NCBI GenBank assembly: GCA_017431745.1 | Contig: JAFRKK010000003.1 | Span: forward strand, 3,927-67,926 | Reading direction: 5' to 3' | Length of the DNA stretch: 64,000 nucleotides | Source of the DNA: Candidatus Saccharimonadota bacterium | GTDB taxonomy: Bacteria; Patescibacteriota; Saccharimonadia; Saccharimonadales; Saccharimonadaceae | Notes under the pieces: model-generated | What the model saw: only the letters and a program-made list of their open reading frames with translations | Told to the model about the DNA's origin: nothing | Database searches by the model: none | In this document: piece after piece, positions 27,905 through 37,494 of the stretch | Layout of the letters: each line of letters opens with the position of its first letter | Numbering within the stretch: position 1 is the first letter of the stretch | Program-made: the position numbers and the translations under genes

Positions 27905-28687
27905 ATGGATAATAATTATCAAATGCCACCAGTGAATGGGGCACAGCCGATTCAGCCGGCAGGGTCGGGTGCTAGTGTTGGTGCACCAGGGATGCCAATG
28001 GTGCAACAAGTGCAGGTGCCGCCGGAGGCGAAAAAAGACGTAGCAGGCTTAGTTAAAACGATTGTGATTATTATGTTGTCGCTTGTCGCACTGACATTTA
28101 TTGGGCTATTTATTTGGATTATGGTGGAATATAATACTGTGCGAAGCGATGTGGATGGGCAAATTGATGTGGCGGTGGCAGAAGCGAAGGACGAACAAGC
28201 AACAAAAATGGAAGCGGAATTTTTGGAACGGGAGAAATATCCATACAAAGTGTTTGCTGGGCCAGCGGATTATGGGCAGCTAACTTTTGAATATCCGAAG
28301 ACTTGGAGTGTGTATGTGGCGGCAGCGGCGACGGAGGGTGGCGACTTTAATGCATACTTTAACCCGGGACAGGTAGATGCCGTGGGGAAAGATACGATTA
28401 ATGCGCTTAGAGTTTCGATTCGAAACGAGAGTTTTGATAAGGTTACAGAAGAATACCAAAAGGCGATGGACAGGAAAGATTCGGGCCTCACGATGGAATC
28501 GGTGACGATTGGCAAAAACAGTGACATTACGGCGAATCGTTATACCGGTAAGATTCCAAACACAGAACTTTCAGGGTTTATCGTGACATTTAAGATCCGG
28601 GATAAAACCGCAATATTACAAACCGATTCTGTATTATTCCAAGCTGATTTTGATAAATTACTTGGTACAGTTATATTTAACCAGTAA
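27905..28687 (+). CDS. Hypothetical single-pass membrane protein with an extracytoplasmic domain
   Basis: Pro/Gln-rich N-terminus, one TM, coiled segment, globular C-terminus (LTFEYPKTWSVY, PsbP-like motif). Confidence 0.75.
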   Translation: MDNNYQMPPVNGAQPIQPAGSGASVGAPGMPMVQQVQVPPEAKKDVAGLVKTIVIIMLSLVALTFIGLFIWIMVEYNTVRSDVDGQIDVAVAEAKDEQATKMEAEFLEREKYPYKVFAGPADYGQLTFEYPKTWSVYVAAAATEGGDFNAYFNPGQVDAVGKDTINALRVSIRNESFDKVTEEYQKAMDRKDSGLTMESVTIGKNSDITANRYTGKIPNTELSGFIVTFKIRDKTAILQTDSVLFQADFDKLLGTVIFNQ

Positions 28688-28707
28688 TCCGTGCTATAAT
28701 TAATAGT

Positions 28708-30048
28708 ATGAGAAAAATTAATACTTCACCTATTTCTGGTGCGCAAGAACTTTTGCCGGAAGTTCAAGCTAGTTTCAATAATCTTAAAACTAAAATTGCT
28801 GAAACCTATAAAAAACACGGGTTTTTTGAAATTGAAACTCCGACTATTGAGCGTACGGAAATATTGCTAGCTAAGGCTGGCGGCGATACCGAAAAACAAA
28901 TTTATAAGGTTATTAAAACGGCTGAGTCTGAAGATAGTGCTGACCAGGCCTTGCGTTTTGACCACACTGTTCCACTAGCTCGTTATGTGATTGAGCATGA
29001 AAATGACTTGAGTTTTCCATTTAAAGTTAGCCAAATCGGCTTGAACTATCGGGGTGAGCGTGCCCAAAAAGGGCGTTTTCGTGAGTTTTATCAGTGTGAT
29101 GTTGATATAATTGGTCGCGGCAAACTTGAAATTGCTTATGATGCTGATATTATTTCAACTTTGATTGATACTTATAATTCTTTTGAGCTCAACACTCCGG
29201 TAGTCGCTAGAATTAATAATCGTAAAATTATTGCTGGGCTATTAAATGCGCTTGAGTTAACTGACCAGACTAGCGAAATAATGAGCATTATCGACCATGC
29301 TGAAAAAGTCACGCCAGAACAAACTAAGCAAAGTCTTGAAGAATTAAAATTAGACGAAAAGACTATCAAGAATATTCTGGCTTTCATTAATTTGAATGGT
29401 GAGCGTTCTTTTGTAATTAAAGAACTCAACAATCTAGAAATCACTGACGAAACTTATCTTGAGGGGGTTACTGAGCTTGATCAGGTTCTTTATCTTCTTG
29501 AATCCATGAATTTAAGCGAGCAAATTCTTGCCGACATGAAAATTGTGCGAGGGCTTGATTATTACACTGGTACGGTGTTTGAGTTTTTCTTGCCGGAGCA
29601 TAAAAATATCGGTTCTGTGGGTGGTGGTGGTCGTTACGAAAACCTTACTAGCTATTTTTCCGATAAATCTTTCCCGGGTGTAGGCGGTTCAATTGGCCTT
29701 ACTCGACTCTTTTACATTATTAATGAAAAGGGGCTTTTGAAGGCTGAAAAAAGCACGCTACTTGACTATGCTGTTATTCCGGTTTCTGAACATGAGTTTG
29801 ATGAGGCTCTTAATGTAGCGCAGAAGCTGCGCGATAAAAACTACAATACCACGGCTATTCTAACCGACAAGAAGCTTGGTAGTAAATTAGAGCATGCTGC
29901 AAAATTGGCTCGCAACGGGATAGTGATTGGTGAGGAGGAGGTCAATTCGAAGATTTTGAAGGCGAAGAACTTTGAAACTGGCGAAGAAAATGAAATTAAT
30001 ATTGAAGTCATTAGTAATCCTGAGGACTTCTGGGGAGATCAAATATGA
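28708..30048 (+). CDS. hisS: Histidine--tRNA ligase
   Basis: GGDTEKQIY, LRFDHTVPLARY, QKGRFREFYQCDVD, VRGLDYYTG, GGGRYENL. Confidence 0.97.
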   Translation: MRKINTSPISGAQELLPEVQASFNNLKTKIAETYKKHGFFEIETPTIERTEILLAKAGGDTEKQIYKVIKTAESEDSADQALRFDHTVPLARYVIEHENDLSFPFKVSQIGLNYRGERAQKGRFREFYQCDVDIIGRGKLEIAYDADIISTLIDTYNSFELNTPVVARINNRKIIAGLLNALELTDQTSEIMSIIDHAEKVTPEQTKQSLEELKLDEKTIKNILAFINLNGERSFVIKELNNLEITDETYLEGVTELDQVLYLLESMNLSEQILADMKIVRGLDYYTGTVFEFFLPEHKNIGSVGGGGRYENLTSYFSDKSFPGVGGSIGLTRLFYIINEKGLLKAEKSTLLDYAVIPVSEHEFDEALNVAQKLRDKNYNTTAILTDKKLGSKLEHAAKLARNGIVIGEEEVNSKILKAKNFETGEENEINIEVISNPEDFWGDQI

Positions 30049-31388
30049 GCAAATTAGACGATATAGTGAGCTTATGTAAGCGTCGTGGCTTTGTTTTTCA
30101 GGGGAGCGACATTTATGGCGGTATGGCTGGTACCTGGGATTTTGGTCCACTGGGCGTGATTTTAAAAAAGAACATCACTGACGCTTGGTGGAAATATTTC
30201 GTTGAAGATAGAAACGACATTTATGGCGTTGATGCGGCAATTATTATGAATCCGCGTACTTGGATTGCTTCTGGGCATACTGCAACTTTTGCTGATCCTT
30301 TAGTTGAGTGTAAGGAATGTAAATCGCGTTTTCGCGCCGATAAGATTGCTGAAGGTATAAATGAATCAGTTACTACGGAGGAGTTTTTAGCTACTCATAC
30401 TAAATGTCCGGTTTGTGGCAAGGAGAATTGGGGGCCAATTCGTAAATTTAATATGATGTTTGAAACCCACGTGGGGGCTGTGCTTCCCGATGACGATGAG
30501 TCTGAAAAAGGCAAGAATGTCGCTTATCTTCGTCCGGAAACTGCCCAGGGGATTTTTACGAATTATAAAAATGTAGTGGATACTTTTTATCCTAATTTAC
30601 CTTTTGGTATTGCTCAGCAGGGTAAGGCTTTTCGTAACGAAATCAGCCCGCGAGATTTTATTCTGCGTGATCGTGAATGTTCGCAAATGGAGATTGAATA
30701 CTTTGTTAAGCCTGATACTTGGGAAGAAAACTTTGAAAACATGCGGAGCTTAAATCACGATTTCTTGGAAAATGTTATGCATCTTCCGAAAGACAAAATT
30801 AAGGAATATGAAGTTCCGGCTGAAGACCGTGCCCACTATTCTAAGCGTACGATTGATTTTATGTTTGATTATCCGAATGGTGAAGAAGAGTTGATGGGTT
30901 TGGCCTATCGTACCGATTTTGATTTGGCGAATATTGCTAAGGAATCTGGCAAATCTATGGAGTATCGTGACAAGATTACCAAGGAGGCATTTGTTCCACA
31001 CGTGATTGAACCATCGATTGGGGTTGAGAGATTGTTCCTGGCAGTTATTTCGTCTGCCTATACTGAAGATGAAGTTAATGGCGAAAAGCGTATTGTTTTA
31101 AAGCTTCCTGAAAACCTTGCGCCATATAAGTTTTGTGTTTCTCCACTACTTAAAAATAAACCAGAGCTAGTTGAAAAAGCTCACGATGTCTATCAGAAAC
31201 TTAAAACTAAGTACGGTTATGTTACTTGGGATGATTCTGGTAATATCGGTAAACGTTATCGCAAGCAAGACGAAATCGGTACTCCTAAATGCGTTGTGAT
31301 TGATTTTGAAACACTGGAAGATGACACCGTCACTGTGCGTGACCGGGATACGACTGAACAAGTTCGCATTAATATTTCTGAATTGTAA
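30045..31388 (+). CDS. glyQS: Glycine--tRNA ligase (alpha2 homodimer type)
   Basis: LCKRRGF, LRPETAQGIF, GKAFRNEISPR, PHVIEPSIGVERL, IGKRYRKQDEIGTP. Confidence 0.96.
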   Translation: MSKLDDIVSLCKRRGFVFQGSDIYGGMAGTWDFGPLGVILKKNITDAWWKYFVEDRNDIYGVDAAIIMNPRTWIASGHTATFADPLVECKECKSRFRADKIAEGINESVTTEEFLATHTKCPVCGKENWGPIRKFNMMFETHVGAVLPDDDESEKGKNVAYLRPETAQGIFTNYKNVVDTFYPNLPFGIAQQGKAFRNEISPRDFILRDRECSQMEIEYFVKPDTWEENFENMRSLNHDFLENVMHLPKDKIKEYEVPAEDRAHYSKRTIDFMFDYPNGEEELMGLAYRTDFDLANIAKESGKSMEYRDKITKEAFVPHVIEPSIGVERLFLAVISSAYTEDEVNGEKRIVLKLPENLAPYKFCVSPLLKNKPELVEKAHDVYQKLKTKYGYVTWDDSGNIGKRYRKQDEIGTPKCVVIDFETLEDDTVTVRDRDTTEQVRINISEL

Positions 31389-31453
31389 TAAATAATAAAC
31401 ATAAATAGATTACAATATGTTATAATTATAGTAATATTAACAGGAGGAATTTT

Positions 31454-31984
31454 ATGGCTGAAAAAGCTAAGGCGTCCAAAAAGGACAATAAAAATTTAAT
31501 AATCGGCATCTGCGCGGCTATTGTTGCAGTAGTAATCATTGTTATAGTGGTACTGGCTGTTCGTGGCGGTGGCTTAGGTGATGATTATTTCGTTTCGGAC
31601 GGCACTAAATATGTGCTAACAATTGAGTCTGATGATATCGAAGACAATAACGAATTTACGCCACTCAAGACTCACCTTGTTTATACCTATGATGGCGACA
31701 AGGTCACTAGCATGAAGTCATATTATGTCTATGCTGATGCCGATGCAGCCAAAGCTGCTTTTGATGCGATGCAAGAAGCTGGCGGGGAGGAAGCTAAGGG
31801 CATGGAACTTAACGGCAAATACATTATTATGACCGCCGAAGAGGATGTTTATAAGGACCTCACTACTAGTGACGTAAAAAAGCAAATTGAGTTTATAGAA
31901 GCACTTAAGAATTCGGATACTAGTTCCGCTGGGGATAGCAACGAAAGCGAAAACACCGAAGAAACCGTTGAAGTTGAGGAATAA
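31454..31984 (+). CDS. Hypothetical membrane-anchored protein with an acidic tail
   Basis: RBS AGGAGG, N-terminal basic stretch plus one TM, small domain, E/S-rich C-terminus. Confidence 0.8.
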   Translation: MAEKAKASKKDNKNLIIGICAAIVAVVIIVIVVLAVRGGGLGDDYFVSDGTKYVLTIESDDIEDNNEFTPLKTHLVYTYDGDKVTSMKSYYVYADADAAKAAFDAMQEAGGEEAKGMELNGKYIIMTAEEDVYKDLTTSDVKKQIEFIEALKNSDTSSAGDSNESENTEETVEVEE

Positions 31985-32020
31985 AAAAAATACCTCCCGA
32001 TTTGTGGGAGGTATTTTTTT
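31983..32020. terminator. Bidirectional intrinsic terminator
   Basis: AAAAAAAATACCTCCC-GATTTGT-GGGAGGTATTTTTTT between convergent genes. Confidence 0.9.
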
Positions 32021-32615
32021 AGCTCATTGATTTTTTGATTTCGTTTACGACTGACTCTACGCCTTTTTTCATCACTAATTCTGGGTGTAATTCTTCATAG
32101 CGTTTGATAGCGTCTGCGATTACTTTCTTTGCTGATTTGACATCTTCAAAAGCCTTTACTTTTGTCGTGCCTGGCTTTTTCAAATCTTTGTAATGGTTGA
32201 AGTGGAATTCGATTTGATTTAAAGTCTGCTTTGGCAAATCTTCCAGAGTTTTGTATGCGTCGCCGTTGTTGCGGTCGTCTTCTGGAACGCAAATGATTTT
32301 GTCATCTACTTCGCCGCCGTCCACGAACTTCATTACACCAAGGATGCGCGCTTTCATCCAAATGCCAGTAGTGAGTGGCTGGTCGGTAATCATTAATACG
32401 TCTAGTTCGTCGCCATCTTCATCTAAGGTCTGTGGGATGAAGCCGTAGTTGCAAGGTTTTGCAAAAGCCATTGGTTCAACTCGGTCTAGCATAAAGCAAG
32501 CATGCTCGCGATCCCATTCGATTTTGTGATTCGAACCGGTTGGGATTTCGATTACGACGTTTAGCTCACCTTTTTCATAGTCCCCCGGCGTCAAGATTTT
32601 GTTAAAATCTGCCAT
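32019..32615 (-). CDS. ppa: Inorganic pyrophosphatase (family I)
   Basis: VVIEIPTGS, LDR, NYGFIPQTLDEDGDELDV, DGGEVDDKII, HFNHYKDL. Confidence 0.97.
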   Translation of the reverse strand: MADFNKILTPGDYEKGELNVVIEIPTGSNHKIEWDREHACFMLDRVEPMAFAKPCNYGFIPQTLDEDGDELDVLMITDQPLTTGIWMKARILGVMKFVDGGEVDDKIICVPEDDRNNGDAYKTLEDLPKQTLNQIEFHFNHYKDLKKPGTTKVKAFEDVKSAKKVIADAIKRYEELHPELVMKKGVESVVNEIKKSMS

Positions 32616-32654
32616 AATATCTCCTTTTGTTATCTTATAATTATATCACAGATA

Positions 32655-33347
32655 TTACATATGTGTTGCCATCCGGGCTAGATTTAGTAATTTGCTATAC
32701 ATTTTGGTGGGGACTTTTATTTTTTGAACTGTTTTTAAATCAGTTGTCATTATTAGACGTAGCATTTTGATTTCGTCTGTTCCGTATTCACCGTGTTCGC
32801 TTTTTGAAAACGAGTCGTTTGCAACATCCCAACTGTAGGTACTGTTTATTGTTAGCTTGTCACCAGTTGTGTCGCGGTATAAATTGATATCTTCGCCGGT
32901 GGCTTTTGTTAGATTTAGCAAAAACCAGCTTTCTACTAGTTCGATGCTTGTGCTGCTGTTTAGTCCTGTTAGGCACTGCTCTACAATATTGAAGAATTCT
33001 GGATTGTCTGAATTTTCGGCTGCGTTGCTGGTTTTTTTCAGAATTGTGCCGGCAAGCTCCATTTTGGTGAAATCTTTGATAATTTCGCTATAGTATTTTA
33101 ACATTTTCGCACCGGTTACTACGCCCATTTCTGAACGACCTAAGTGGATGTTAAAATCGATTAGTGAAAACATTTCGATGTCGCCGGCCAGTTTTGATTT
33201 GGCTTTTCTCACACTTTTGGCGATTGCTGTAATTTTACCTTGAGTGGTTAGAATATTGAGGATACGGTCGGCTTCGCCGTAGTTGGTGCGGCGGAGGATA
33301 ATACCGTTGATGCGAATATCTTTAGTTGGAGCAGTATTTGTCGACAT
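32655..33347 (-). CDS. recO: DNA repair protein RecO
   Basis: GIILRRTNYGEADRILNILT..GKITAIAKSVRKAKSKL OB-fold motif. Confidence 0.92.
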   Translation of the reverse strand: MSTNTAPTKDIRINGIILRRTNYGEADRILNILTTQGKITAIAKSVRKAKSKLAGDIEMFSLIDFNIHLGRSEMGVVTGAKMLKYYSEIIKDFTKMELAGTILKKTSNAAENSDNPEFFNIVEQCLTGLNSSTSIELVESWFLLNLTKATGEDINLYRDTTGDKLTINSTYSWDVANDSFSKSEHGEYGTDEIKMLRLIMTTDLKTVQKIKVPTKMYSKLLNLARMATHM

Positions 33348-33672
33348 AGTTCTTAATCTCCTGTGGCGTCATGGTTGCCTTATCTAGTGTTCCTACTACG
33401 CCATATTCCGACAAATCTTGTTGCTTAAAGTTTAACGTCGATACTATGACAATCGGTATTTTGGCTGTGTCGGTGTAGGATACCAGCTCGTTGAGAAATG
33501 TAAAACCATCGGGGCCATCTAGCATGACATCCAAAAAAATCAAACTTGGTGTTTCGCCAGAACTGATTTTTGCCATTGCTTCAATCGCGTTGCTAAATAC
33601 TCGCGTTTTGGTTTTGCAGGCTCTAGCGATGCATTCGCACATTATTTCGTCGTCGTCAATTATGTAAATCAT
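33322..33672 (-). CDS. Single-domain response regulator (receiver only)
   Basis: IYIIDDD, IFLDVMLDGPDG (phospho-Asp), PIVIVST, LDKA. No output domain. Confidence 0.9.
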   Translation of the reverse strand: MIYIIDDDEIMCECIARACKTKTRVFSNAIEAMAKISSGETPSLIFLDVMLDGPDGFTFLNELVSYTDTAKIPIVIVSTLNFKQQDLSEYGVVGTLDKATMTPQEIKNYVDKYCSN

Positions 33673-34355
33673 ATCTCAAATAAACTCGCTTGTTTAGAAA
33701 TCGGTAACTCTACATAAAAACTTGTACCGTCGCGATGGCGAATTGCGCCAACTGACGCGTTCATGTAGCGGGAAAATTTGGATGCAATGTAAAGTCCCAA
33801 TCCTGAGGAGCCTGGACGCATAGCGATTGAGGTAGGTTTTTTGATGAAGCCGCGTTTTACTTCGCGCCATACATCTACTGGCAAAGCTGGTCCGTAATCT
33901 CGGACTATTACGCGTACTCGGTCACGAAAATCTCGCACAATTAATTCTGCCCTGGTGCCATCACCTGAATAATGCATGGCATTTAGCATAAAATTATAAA
34001 TTACGCTATAAAGTAGGTCGCGGTTGGCAGTTACAAGTCGAGAGCGATTACTGTACTTGACCCAGAGATCGCGTTTGTTGTAGCTGAATAAATATTGTAG
34101 CTCCCTGGTTACATCATCGCAGACTGCGCGAACTGCTACTGGCTCCATGGTAAATAAACCGTCTTCTAGCCGTCTGATTTTGGCTAGGTCGTTGACTTGC
34201 TTCAAAGCTCTCTCGCTGACACTGACCATTTCGTTTCTCATGTGTTCGCCGTCAAAATCCATGCCTGGCAAATTTAGAGCTAATTGACGAAGCACTGCAA
34301 GAGGTGCTTTTAGCTCATGAGTAGCCACTAGTATTCCATCGACCTCCACATCCAT
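33669..34355 (-). CDS. Histidine kinase lacking a sensor domain
   Basis: H-box ATHELKAPL at residue 11, N-box NFMLNAMHY, DYGP, GSSGLGLYI, GTSFYVELP. Confidence 0.88.
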   Translation of the reverse strand: MDVEVDGILVATHELKAPLAVLRQLALNLPGMDFDGEHMRNEMVSVSERALKQVNDLAKIRRLEDGLFTMEPVAVRAVCDDVTRELQYLFSYNKRDLWVKYSNRSRLVTANRDLLYSVIYNFMLNAMHYSGDGTRAELIVRDFRDRVRVIVRDYGPALPVDVWREVKRGFIKKPTSIAMRPGSSGLGLYIASKFSRYMNASVGAIRHRDGTSFYVELPISKQASLFEI

Positions 34356-34413
34356 GTATTTAATTATAGCACAGAAAAAAATCCCGATGGGATTTTGAGG
34401 AAATTTTTGGGAT

Positions 34414-34490
34414 TGGTGGGCGATAGAGGATTTGAACCTCTGACCTTTTCTACGTCAAAGAAACGCTCTAGCCAACTGAGCTAACCGCCC
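34414..34490 (-). tRNA. tRNA-Val(GAC)
   Basis: Reverse complement GGGCGGT...ATCGCCCACCA, anticodon arm TTTCT-TT GAC GT-AGAAA. Confidence 0.96.
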
Positions 34491-34509
34491 ATTTGTAGGT
34501 CTACTGTTA

Positions 34510-34586
34510 TGGTGAGCCGGGAGAGGCTCGAACTCTCGACACCGGGCTTAAAAGGCCCGTGCTCTAACCAACTGAGCTACCGGCCC
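34510..34586 (-). tRNA. tRNA-Lys(TTT)
   Basis: Reverse complement GGGCCGG...CCGGCTCACCA, anticodon arm CGGGC-CT TTT AA-GCCCG. Confidence 0.96.
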
Positions 34587-34595
34587 ACATTGCTG

Positions 34596-34671
34596 TGGTG
34601 GCGCCGACTGGACTTGAACCAGTGACACAAGGCTCTTCAGGCCTCTGCTCTACCAACTGAGCTACAGCGCC
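34596..34671 (-). tRNA. tRNA-Phe(GAA)
   Basis: Reverse complement GGCGCTG...CGGCGCCACCA, anticodon arm GAGGC-CT GAA GA-GCCTT. Confidence 0.96.
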
Positions 34672-34737
34672 ATAGATGTATTATACCATAGATTTTGTTT
34701 TTTGCATAAAAAATGAATTAATACTATAATAGTGGGT

Positions 34738-35922
34738 ATGAATAGAGTGCCATTAGCGGAGAGAATGAGACCGACGAAGCTATCTGAGGTGGTGGGACAG
34801 GATGAAATTATTGGTGAAGGAAAAATTTTGACGGAGATTGTGCGGAAAGGTGAACCGGTAAACTTGATTTTTTGGGGGCCACCGGGGACAGGTAAGACGA
34901 CGCTGGCTCGGATTTTGGCGCGAGAATTTGAAGCAGATTTTGTGGAGATATCGGCGGTGACGGCGGGGAAAAAGAATGTTGAAGAAGTAGTAGAACGAGC
35001 AAAATTAAACTGGAATCTGAAAACACGGACGATTTTGTTTGTGGATGAAATCCATCGGTTTAATAAGGCGCAGCAGGATGCATTTTTGCCACACGTTGAA
35101 TCGGGATTGATTACTTTGATTGGGGCTACAACAGAGAACCCTTCGTTTGAAGTGATTTCGCCGCTGCTTAGCCGTTCACGGGTCGTAGTGGTGTCAGCGC
35201 TATCGAAGGATGCGATTATTGAGGTATTGAAGCGGGCGATTAAAGCAGAAAAAGCTTCGAAGCGAGTATCTAAGAAAGCAATTGATTTGTTAGCGGAGCT
35301 GTCGGGTGGTGATGCGAGGGCGGCATTAGGGGATTTGGAATTAGCTTTGTCACTAGCTAGTAAGGTGGATGAAAAAGTAGTAGAAGAGGCGGCGGGAAAG
35401 AAAATGCCAGGGTACGATAAGAAAGGCGACAACCATTATGACACGATCTCAGCATTTATCAAATCGATGCGTGGTTCGGATGTGGATGCGGCACTTTATT
35501 ATCTTGCTCGGATGGTAGAAGCAGGTGAAGACCCGAAGTTTATCGCACGGAGAATGGTAATTTTTGCTTCAGAAGATATTGGGCTAGCTGGGAATGGAGC
35601 GCTTAGCCTTGCGACGGCGTGTTTTCAAGCGGTGGAAAGAGTGGGGATGCCGGAATCGGGGTTAATGTTGGCGCATTGTGCGGTGGCTCTCGCGCTATCG
35701 AAAAAGTCGCGGCAAACAACGGATGCGTGGTATAAAGCACTTGAAGTGGCGCGTAAATCGCGAGGTGAGCCGGTGCCGACGTGGCTTCGGAACGCGCCGA
35801 CCAAATTAATGAAAGATTTGGGATATGGAAAAGGTCAAAAATGGGAGGCGGGGTTCCATCTCGACAAAAGTTACTTGCCAGAGAGTATTAAGGACGTTGA
35901 AATATGGAAGACAACTAAATAA
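34738..35922 (+). CDS. rarA: Replication-associated recombination protein A (RarA/MgsA)
   Basis: PLAERMRP, WGPPGTGKTTLA, FVDEIHRFNKAQQD, ATTENPSFEV, YDKKGDNHYDTISAFIKS.RGSD. Confidence 0.97.
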   Translation: MNRVPLAERMRPTKLSEVVGQDEIIGEGKILTEIVRKGEPVNLIFWGPPGTGKTTLARILAREFEADFVEISAVTAGKKNVEEVVERAKLNWNLKTRTILFVDEIHRFNKAQQDAFLPHVESGLITLIGATTENPSFEVISPLLSRSRVVVVSALSKDAIIEVLKRAIKAEKASKRVSKKAIDLLAELSGGDARAALGDLELALSLASKVDEKVVEEAAGKKMPGYDKKGDNHYDTISAFIKSMRGSDVDAALYYLARMVEAGEDPKFIARRMVIFASEDIGLAGNGALSLATACFQAVERVGMPESGLMLAHCAVALALSKKSRQTTDAWYKALEVARKSRGEPVPTWLRNAPTKLMKDLGYGKGQKWEAGFHLDKSYLPESIKDVEIWKTTK

Positions 35923-36026
35923 AGCCGTTCGGGACACGGGTCGGCTCGGCCCGTCGTTACGGGCGAGCCGCCCTCTTTCTCGGTCGTAACCTCCGAACGG
36001 TCCCTCAGGCTTTATTTAGTTGTCTT
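35908..36026. repeat. Palindromic mini-element between convergent rarA and the DsbA-like gene
   Basis: Perfect 19-bp arms AAGACAACTAAATAAAGCC/GGCTTTATTTAGTTGTCTT. Core TTCGGGACAC...CGGTCCCTCAGG is shared with other copies. Confidence 0.93.
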
Positions 36027-36774
36027 AGCTATCTAAGCCGGCTTGGAAGTACATTTTGACGTATTCCCAGCCCCAGGAGAGGTCGAAGCCGGAGGAGGTG
36101 TAGTTGTTGAATTTGAAATAAGGCATACCATTGGTGAGTTTGGCGGTTTTTTCGGCGTTCTTTTTAATTTCATTGAGAGGGTCTTGGTTTTTAACACAAT
36201 TGTCAAACTCTTCGCCAAGGCCGATTTGATGTCCGATTTTGATCCAGTAGTCGGGTCCGAGGCTACCCATCTTAGAGAAGGCAGACTTGCCGAGGTCTTT
36301 GAAATAATCATTCCAAATGTTAGTGACGGCGAGATTGTAGTAATCCCAGAATTTGCCTTGTGATTTGGCACAATAAGTGGCGACGGCGGAATAGCGGGAG
36401 TGGATGGGGCTACTTTCGCCAAATTCATAGAGAAAGTCAGAGAGGCGAATTTCGACGAGAATGTCGTTTTCGGCGATATATTTTTGGAATTCGTCTTCGT
36501 GTTCGACGATGGCGTTTTCGAAGGCGACACAGTAAGGGCAAACAAGATCAGAATAAATAACGAAGTAGTTTTTAGCGTTTATGTTGCCGGTGGTCGTTTG
36601 TTCATCCCAAATTTTTTCGGAATTTGAGGGCTCTTTTGGGGTCATACTAATAACAATGGCGGCAATAATAATTGCAATAATTGCAATGATGCCACCGATT
36701 CTAAGAACTTTTTTCACTTTTCTCCTTTTTCTCCTTACTCGTTTGCTTCGCCTTTTTAGCGAGGTATTTTTCAT
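36025..36774 (-). CDS. Membrane-anchored DsbA/thioredoxin-like protein
   Basis: Basic N-terminus plus TM, then YSDLVCPYC (CPYC) and GMPYF cis-Pro-like motif. Confidence 0.8.
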   Translation of the reverse strand: MKNTSLKRRSKRVRRKRRKVKKVLRIGGIIAIIAIIIAAIVISMTPKEPSNSEKIWDEQTTTGNINAKNYFVIYSDLVCPYCVAFENAIVEHEDEFQKYIAENDILVEIRLSDFLYEFGESSPIHSRYSAVATYCAKSQGKFWDYYNLAVTNIWNDYFKDLGKSAFSKMGSLGPDYWIKIGHQIGLGEEFDNCVKNQDPLNEIKKNAEKTAKLTNGMPYFKFNNYTSSGFDLSWGWEYVKMYFQAGLDS

Positions 36775-37342
36775 TTATTATTATAGCATAGGTTTCGACA
36801 CCGAGACGCTTTAAGGATAAGATAGCGATGACGATAGCAAGAATGGTGACGATAGTACTGACAGTGCCGGCGATGGCGAGGCTGCCAGTGCTAAAAATGG
36901 CACCGATAAGAGGAGTGAGTAAGGTGGCGCCGCAAGTGGGGCAACCAGCGCCGAGAGCGATTAGTCCAGTGATAATACCGGCTTTCTCGAGACTTTCGGC
37001 ATTTTGACCCTTTTTTGTGCGCTTTTTGTCCCAGAGGAGAGTAATGAGGCCGATAAGGATTCCTTGGAGTGTGGCGATTAAAAAGATTGGAAGCCAGTCA
37101 AGAAACGGTTGATTAATGCCAAAAATTGCAAGGAAACTGCTCCAGATGATCTGGAGATTTTGCGGGAAACCGAGAGCACCCATGAGCTCAAATTTGCTGG
37201 TACCGCCGGACAAAAGGTTCATGAGCATGCCAAAAAAGATAAAGCTAGGGATTGCCCCGTACCAAAATTTACGTTCTTTGGTGGCGAGCAAGATACCTTT
37301 ACCCGCTAAAACAAATTCGTCGAGCCATTTCCTCCAATTCAT
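36701..37342 (-). CDS. Hypothetical 4-TM membrane protein with a CxxC motif
   Basis: Hydrophobic segments and GAGCPTCGA. 3' end overlaps the start of the DsbA-like gene. Confidence 0.75.
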   Translation of the reverse strand: MNWRKWLDEFVLAGKGILLATKERKFWYGAIPSFIFFGMLMNLLSGGTSKFELMGALGFPQNLQIIWSSFLAIFGINQPFLDWLPIFLIATLQGILIGLITLLWDKKRTKKGQNAESLEKAGIITGLIALGAGCPTCGATLLTPLIGAIFSTGSLAIAGTVSTIVTILAIVIAILSLKRLGVETYAIIINEKYLAKKAKQTSKEKKEKSEKSS

Positions 37343-37494
37343 ATAGAATATATTATCATAAGTTTTTATGGTTTGTCAAGAATTATTTGTTCGGTTTTTG
37401 GGTTTTTACCCCTGTTAAAGTAAAAACATATTAGAACATAAAGATTTTTAAAAATCAATATTGACATTGATTTCGCCTATGCTAAAATAGAGTT

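Noticed and set aside
25637-28700. Complete DGR cassette (TR, RT, Avd) next to the FISUMP gene
   Set aside because: No adenine-rich copy of the VR and no reverse transcriptase motifs were seen in the window, so only a target is proposed.
28700-34400. Possible inversion suggested by weaker G skew around hisS-glyQS
   Set aside because: Judged only by eye, with no flanking inverted repeats found. A computed cumulative skew would be needed.
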